Assembly (NCBI GenBank): GCA_039586795.1
Contig: JBDHJS010000054.1
Location: 1 to 21,542 of the forward strand
Length of the DNA: 21,542 nt
From: Gemmatimonadota bacterium
GTDB lineage: Bacteria; Gemmatimonadota; Gemmatimonadetes; Palauibacterales; KS3-K002
Direction: 5' to 3'
Shown piece after piece: positions 17,623 to 21,542 of this stretch. How positions within the stretch are numbered: position 1 is the stretch's first letter; each line of letters begins with the position of its first letter. Below the pieces are notes generated by a model, which was given only the letters and a program-made list of their open reading frames with translations, did not search any database and was not told where the DNA came from. Position numbers and translations under genes: made by a program.

Positions 17623-18558
17623 TCAGTCCACCGCCTTTTCAACAGTGACCCGCGTCGCCGCCCAGGAGTATTCCGGGTCCAGCGTGTACCGGGCGTCGCC
17701 GATGAAGACGACGTGCTGATCTGGAAGACGGTTGTGAACGTAGTACGGGAATCGCGCCCAGCTCAGGAACAGCCGCGCGGTGGGGTCTGCTGCTGCCCTT
17801 GCCAGCGCCTCTCCCGTCGCTTCCTTATCCAGCGGCAACTCCTCCAAGGAAACGTGCGGTCTCGGCAGCCATCTCAGAAGTCCGCCCCGATATCCTTCTG
17901 AGTCTTCCACCACCACCCAGCGCGAGAACGGAGTGACGGCAAGTGGCGCCACCATCATTCGCTCGAATGTCACTCCCTGTTCAGCAAGGACACCGCGAAC
18001 GACTCTGCGGGCGGCAACATTCGATGCGCCCATCAGAAGTGTGTAGGCCGTGGCGATTGCCAGCCCGGACTTCGCCCATTGCGCACCGTTCCGCGACAGC
18101 CAGATCCCGCCTGCCAGCAACGCCCATACCCAGGGATCGATGATGAAAAGGGTGTCTCCGTAGAACCACTTCCATGAGAACGGTGCCAGCCAGCGCATCC
18201 CGTAGGTGTTCAGGAAGTCCAGTAGCGGATGCGTTGCTATGGCGATCGACGCCAACAGAAGGACCTGGCGCGGCTTAGCCGAGCCCCCAGGCGGTTCACT
18301 GCCCCCTCTTCGCCGGAGCCTGTCCAACAGAAGGATGACAACAGTCAGAACGAGGGGCAAAACGATCAACGCCAGAACACCGTGTGTGATTCCGCGTCTG
18401 AACCACACCGCGGCCTCGCTTCCCCAGAAATAGGCCAGCACATCGATATCAGGAGCGTTGGCTCCGATGATCAACGTGGCCGTGCCCAAGGCCGTTCGTC
18501 GCTTGAGGCCTGTCTGAGCCAGGCTCGCTCCGACCAAAGTGTGAGTTACGGGGTCCAT
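17623..18558 (-). CDS. Inner-membrane metal-dependent hydrolase (YdjM/DUF457 family)
   Basis: MDPVTHTLVG, ANAPDID, RRGITH, THPLLDFLNTYG, FIIDP. Confidence 0.9.
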   Translation of the reverse strand: MDPVTHTLVGASLAQTGLKRRTALGTATLIIGANAPDIDVLAYFWGSEAAVWFRRGITHGVLALIVLPLVLTVVILLLDRLRRRGGSEPPGGSAKPRQVLLLASIAIATHPLLDFLNTYGMRWLAPFSWKWFYGDTLFIIDPWVWALLAGGIWLSRNGAQWAKSGLAIATAYTLLMGASNVAARRVVRGVLAEQGVTFERMMVAPLAVTPFSRWVVVEDSEGYRGGLLRWLPRPHVSLEELPLDKEATGEALARAAADPTARLFLSWARFPYYVHNRLPDQHVVFIGDARYTLDPEYSWAATRVTVEKAVD

Positions 18559-18577
18559 ACTTCCCTGCAAGACATAC

Positions 18578-18610
18578 GACGGGCCCCACAGCCAACTCTT
18601 GGGGCCCGTC
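18578..18610. terminator. Hairpin downstream of tonB
   Basis: 11-bp stem GACGGGCCCCA/TGGGGCCCGTC with only a weak U-tract. Confidence 0.5.
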
Positions 18611-18671
18611 CTTCCGCTCTATGAAGCCGGGCTGGCCTCGGCCCTCACCAACTTCGCCGACCTGGCAAGAT

Positions 18672-19310
18672 CTACTTGCTTTCGAAAATGATCAACTGCT
18701 TGATCCAAACCGCGACCTTCGTGTCTCGATTCAAAGCCGGTGTGTACTGGAACAAACGCACCGCTTCGAGGGCCGCTTCATCGAGTAGCGGCATTCCGGA
18801 GCTTTCGAGGACCCGCGCGTCCAAAACGCGTCCCATCGTATCGATGAACGCCTCGACCCGGACTCTGCCCCCAACACCAGCGTCTTTCAGGAGCGGAGGG
18901 TAGTAGCGCTCCACGATCGCCAGCGCGCGCTGCCGGTCCTTGACCCTAGGAGCCATCGTGTAGACGGCGAAGGCCTCATAACCTCGGTCGGCGCCGATCT
19001 CTGACGGTGGCGGAGGCGGTATCGGATTCTCGTCCAACGTCGTCTTGTGAAACTCGAAGTCCTCATTGACGTCGACATCGCCGACGACCGGAATTGGCGG
19101 CCGCTTGATCGGCTCGGGCGGCGGAGGTAGATCGATCTTTCTCAAGACTTTAATAGGGGGGTCAACCAACTCGCGCGTCAGATCTTCCGCTGTCAGCTCA
19201 GGAAAGAACTGGAATAGCCCGAGATGGAAGACGACGGCCATCATCACGCCGCTCCACATCCAGCGTCCAAAGTCGCGTTTGAACCTGTCGTTCGCCGTTT
19301 CTCTGTTCAT
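18672..19310 (-). CDS. tonB: Energy transducer TonB
   Basis: N-terminal TM with His (AVVFHLG), Pro-rich spacer, C-terminal YPPLLKDAGVGGRVRV...SSG...LDEAALEAV. GGAGG RBS. Confidence 0.9.
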   Translation of the reverse strand: MNRETANDRFKRDFGRWMWSGVMMAVVFHLGLFQFFPELTAEDLTRELVDPPIKVLRKIDLPPPPEPIKRPPIPVVGDVDVNEDFEFHKTTLDENPIPPPPPSEIGADRGYEAFAVYTMAPRVKDRQRALAIVERYYPPLLKDAGVGGRVRVEAFIDTMGRVLDARVLESSGMPLLDEAALEAVRLFQYTPALNRDTKVAVWIKQLIIFESK

Positions 19311-19496
19311 GCCGGTCGCCTCCTCCAAAGGGTCCACAAACGCCTTTTCCTACCCAGTGGACGCCCTCAACACGTTTCTTTGCACATCATCCGACCTGGA
19401 GGCCAGTTGACGCAAGGATCTTCTGATCGGCCACCTGCAGGAGTGGGAGCATGATTGCGTGAGACTCGACTGGCGCGACACGCCCAAGTTTGATGA

Positions 19497-19538
19497 GAGG
19501 GGCCGGGGAGGCCGAAGCGAGCGGTCCCCCGGCCCCTC
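19497..19538. other. Strong GC-rich hairpin in the divergent tonB/cls intergenic region
   Basis: GAGGGGCCGGGG/CCCCGGCCCCTC 12-bp perfect stem, extendable inward past a 1-nt bulge. Confidence 0.6.
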
Positions 19539-19580
19539 GGTGCGCCCCAAGCCCGACTCGCATACGTTTAGTATAGAAAG

Positions 19581-21044
19581 ATGTTCGATTTCACGATCCT
19601 CGGTCTCGGCCACCTGGCGCTGGCGATCACGCTGACGCTGGACATTCTACTGACCAAGCACCGGCCGGTCTCCGCCGTCCTCTGGCTGGCCGTGGTCTGG
19701 GCGTTCCCGTACGGCGGCGCGCTGGCCTACTTGAGTATCGGCGTCGATCGCGTCCGGCGTGGCGCTGCATCACGTCAAGCAGCCAAGGCGCTGGTTGCCC
19801 AGCGGGCCAAACTCCACCCAACCCTCGATCGCCTCGCCGTCGACTACCGGAGCACAGAGTCGAAACAAGGTGTCGAGCATCCCGCGGGACATATCTTTCG
19901 GGCGACCGATCCAGCTGTGCGACCCAACCGCGTCTTCCGTGGCAACAAAGCGCAACTTCTGGTCGATGGAGAGCAGTACTACCCTTCTCTGTTCGAAGCT
20001 ATCGCCTCCGCCCGCTCGTCCATCCACCTCCAGACTTTCATCATCGGACGGGATCACGTGGGGCGCGAGTTACTCGAGCTATTGATCGGGCGCGCTAAGG
20101 CCGGCGTGGAATGCCGACTTCTGTATGACCGTTTCGGCTCGACACGTGCCCACGTCACTCGCTTTTTCGAGCCCGCGCGTCGCAGCGGTGTCTACGTCTG
20201 CTCTATTACCCAGGCCAACCCCTTTAAAGGTCGATTCCAGATTAATCTGAGAAACCATCGCAAGATTGCGGTGATCGACGGGCACATCGGCTATGCGGGC
20301 GGAATAAACATCCACCATCACAACCTGGATGGACGCGGGCGAAAGATGGGGATCCGCGATTACCATCTTCGACTGGAGGGACCCGCGGTCAGCGACCTGC
20401 AGCTCCAATTCATCGAGGACTGGCACTTTGCTTCTCGAGAGTCACCGGACCAATTGCTCGAGCCAGTGTTTTTCCCCCAGCTGCAATCAGTTGGCAACGC
20501 ACTGGTTCAGGTTGTGCCCGGCGGCCCCGACCTCACGGGCCACGGGCTCGCCGACGCGATCTTCGGAGCCATCGTCGCTGCACGCCAGGCCATTACGATC
20601 GTCACGCCCTACTTCGTGCCGGACGAACCACTGATTCAGGCCCTCCGCTACGCCGCGTTGCGTGGCGTTCACGTCAAGCTCGTCCTCCCGCTCAAGAGCA
20701 ACCACTGGTACACGGAATACGCGGCACGTTCGTTGTATACGCCTCTCCTGAAGGTTGGAGTTCGCATCTTCGAACGCCGGCCGCCTTTCATGCACGCCAA
20801 GGCACTCCTGGTCGACGACGCGTATGCCATGTTGGGCTCAGCAAACCTCGACTATCGCAGCCTCCATCTGAATTTCGAGACCAACGTTGAAATCGCCGAT
20901 GCCGAGTTCATATCAACACTCACGGCTCAGATCGATAGCGAGATAGAGAGAAGCAGAGAAGTCGCGTTCTCGGTTCACCAGAATCGGTCACTTCCTAAAC
21001 GACTGGTCGAGAATTTCTGCTACCTTTTCCAACCCATGCTTTGA
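19581..21044 (+). CDS. cls: Cardiolipin synthase (phospholipase D family)
   Basis: Two N-terminal TMs, two HKD motifs (NHRKIAVIDG, MHAKALLVDD), TPYFVPD, GSANLDYRS. Confidence 0.93.
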   Translation: MFDFTILGLGHLALAITLTLDILLTKHRPVSAVLWLAVVWAFPYGGALAYLSIGVDRVRRGAASRQAAKALVAQRAKLHPTLDRLAVDYRSTESKQGVEHPAGHIFRATDPAVRPNRVFRGNKAQLLVDGEQYYPSLFEAIASARSSIHLQTFIIGRDHVGRELLELLIGRAKAGVECRLLYDRFGSTRAHVTRFFEPARRSGVYVCSITQANPFKGRFQINLRNHRKIAVIDGHIGYAGGINIHHHNLDGRGRKMGIRDYHLRLEGPAVSDLQLQFIEDWHFASRESPDQLLEPVFFPQLQSVGNALVQVVPGGPDLTGHGLADAIFGAIVAARQAITIVTPYFVPDEPLIQALRYAALRGVHVKLVLPLKSNHWYTEYAARSLYTPLLKVGVRIFERRPPFMHAKALLVDDAYAMLGSANLDYRSLHLNFETNVEIADAEFISTLTAQIDSEIERSREVAFSVHQNRSLPKRLVENFCYLFQPML

Positions 21045-21183
21045 CACCCTCTTCTACCAGTAGGGCTCCAGGAACTACCCTACCGCTAAGGGGTATTAGA
21101 CCAAGCTGAAGTATGCCCTGTCGCGGCATTCTCTACCTTCCGCCTTACCCTCGAATCTCCCCCCTCCCCAGCGGAGTACGGCC

Positions 21184-21542
21184 ATGGAAGCATCACCCGT
21201 CCCGCAAGCGACGCAGGCCTCCCAGCCCAGACAGGCCCACGCGGCTCTTTCCGATTTCACTCTGGCCCTTATCCAGGCCCTGCTCCGGTCCGGCTACTAC
21301 GCGTCTGACCACCCGGAAGCACAGAAAGCCATCACGGGCCTCTATGAGCAGTTCCGCAAGCTGATCGACGGTCGATCCGAACTCACGTACATGATCTCCG
21401 AGAAACGTGAGTCGCAGGTGATCACCGTAGAAGGATACGCGAGCAACCCTCTCTTTCTGCACGAGTTCATGCTGAAGGGGATGGCCGACCTATTCACCCC
21501 GAAGTTTCTCGATTTCCTGAAACGTTGGAGCCTGTTGAGCTT
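21184..21542 (+). CDS. Partial hypothetical protein (N-terminus; possibly HEAT-repeat or HD-GYP-associated type)
   Basis: Open from ATG 21184 (GGAG RBS) to the window end: MEASPVPQ...LIQALLRSGYYASDHPEAQKA... It is absent from the ORF track because there is no stop in the window. Confidence 0.7.
   Translation, partial: MEASPVPQATQASQPRQAHAALSDFTLALIQALLRSGYYASDHPEAQKAITGLYEQFRKLIDGRSELTYMISEKRESQVITVEGYASNPLFLHEFMLKGMADLFTPKFLDFLKRWSLLS

Noticed and set aside
1883..21462. Numerous long antisense or alternate-frame ORFs (e.g. 1962-2777, 8897-9580, 12696-13337, 14936-15550, 16265-17128)
   Set aside because: They overlap well-supported genes and are expected from stop-codon scarcity at high GC.

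Overview
GC-rich bacterial chromosome segment, probably Gemmatimonadota (inferred from 16S signature segments and the TonB N-terminus; not database-verified). The left end holds the 5' ~750 nt of a minus-strand 16S rRNA gene with its promoter and boxA leader, preceded by tRNA-His(GUG). The 16S carries two exact tandem duplications (27 and 51 bp) that are probably assembly artefacts. The rest is mostly housekeeping and accessory genes: a pilin-like lipoprotein, a cation:proton antiporter coupled to a membrane-anchored M16 peptidase, alpha/beta hydrolases, two NTF2-like proteins, a hydrolase-OsmC fusion, a cytochrome c lipoprotein, ppdK, an MTH1187 thiamine-binding protein, a GNAT, a CocE/NonD hydrolase, a YdjM-type hydrolase, TonB, cardiolipin synthase and a truncated ORF. 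The most interesting parts are: (i) a redox module with a 4-Cys-tailed MarR coupled to an orphan HdrB, a candidate operator over its -10 box, and a divergent 58-aa 4-Cys microprotein; (ii) a PQQ glucose-dehydrogenase-like pseudogene missed by the ORF track, which keeps only its two termini; (iii) GAGTAC-based palindromic repeats at convergent gene junctions; (iv) a sigma-54-type promoter upstream of ppdK. No mobile element, CRISPR array or defence system was seen.
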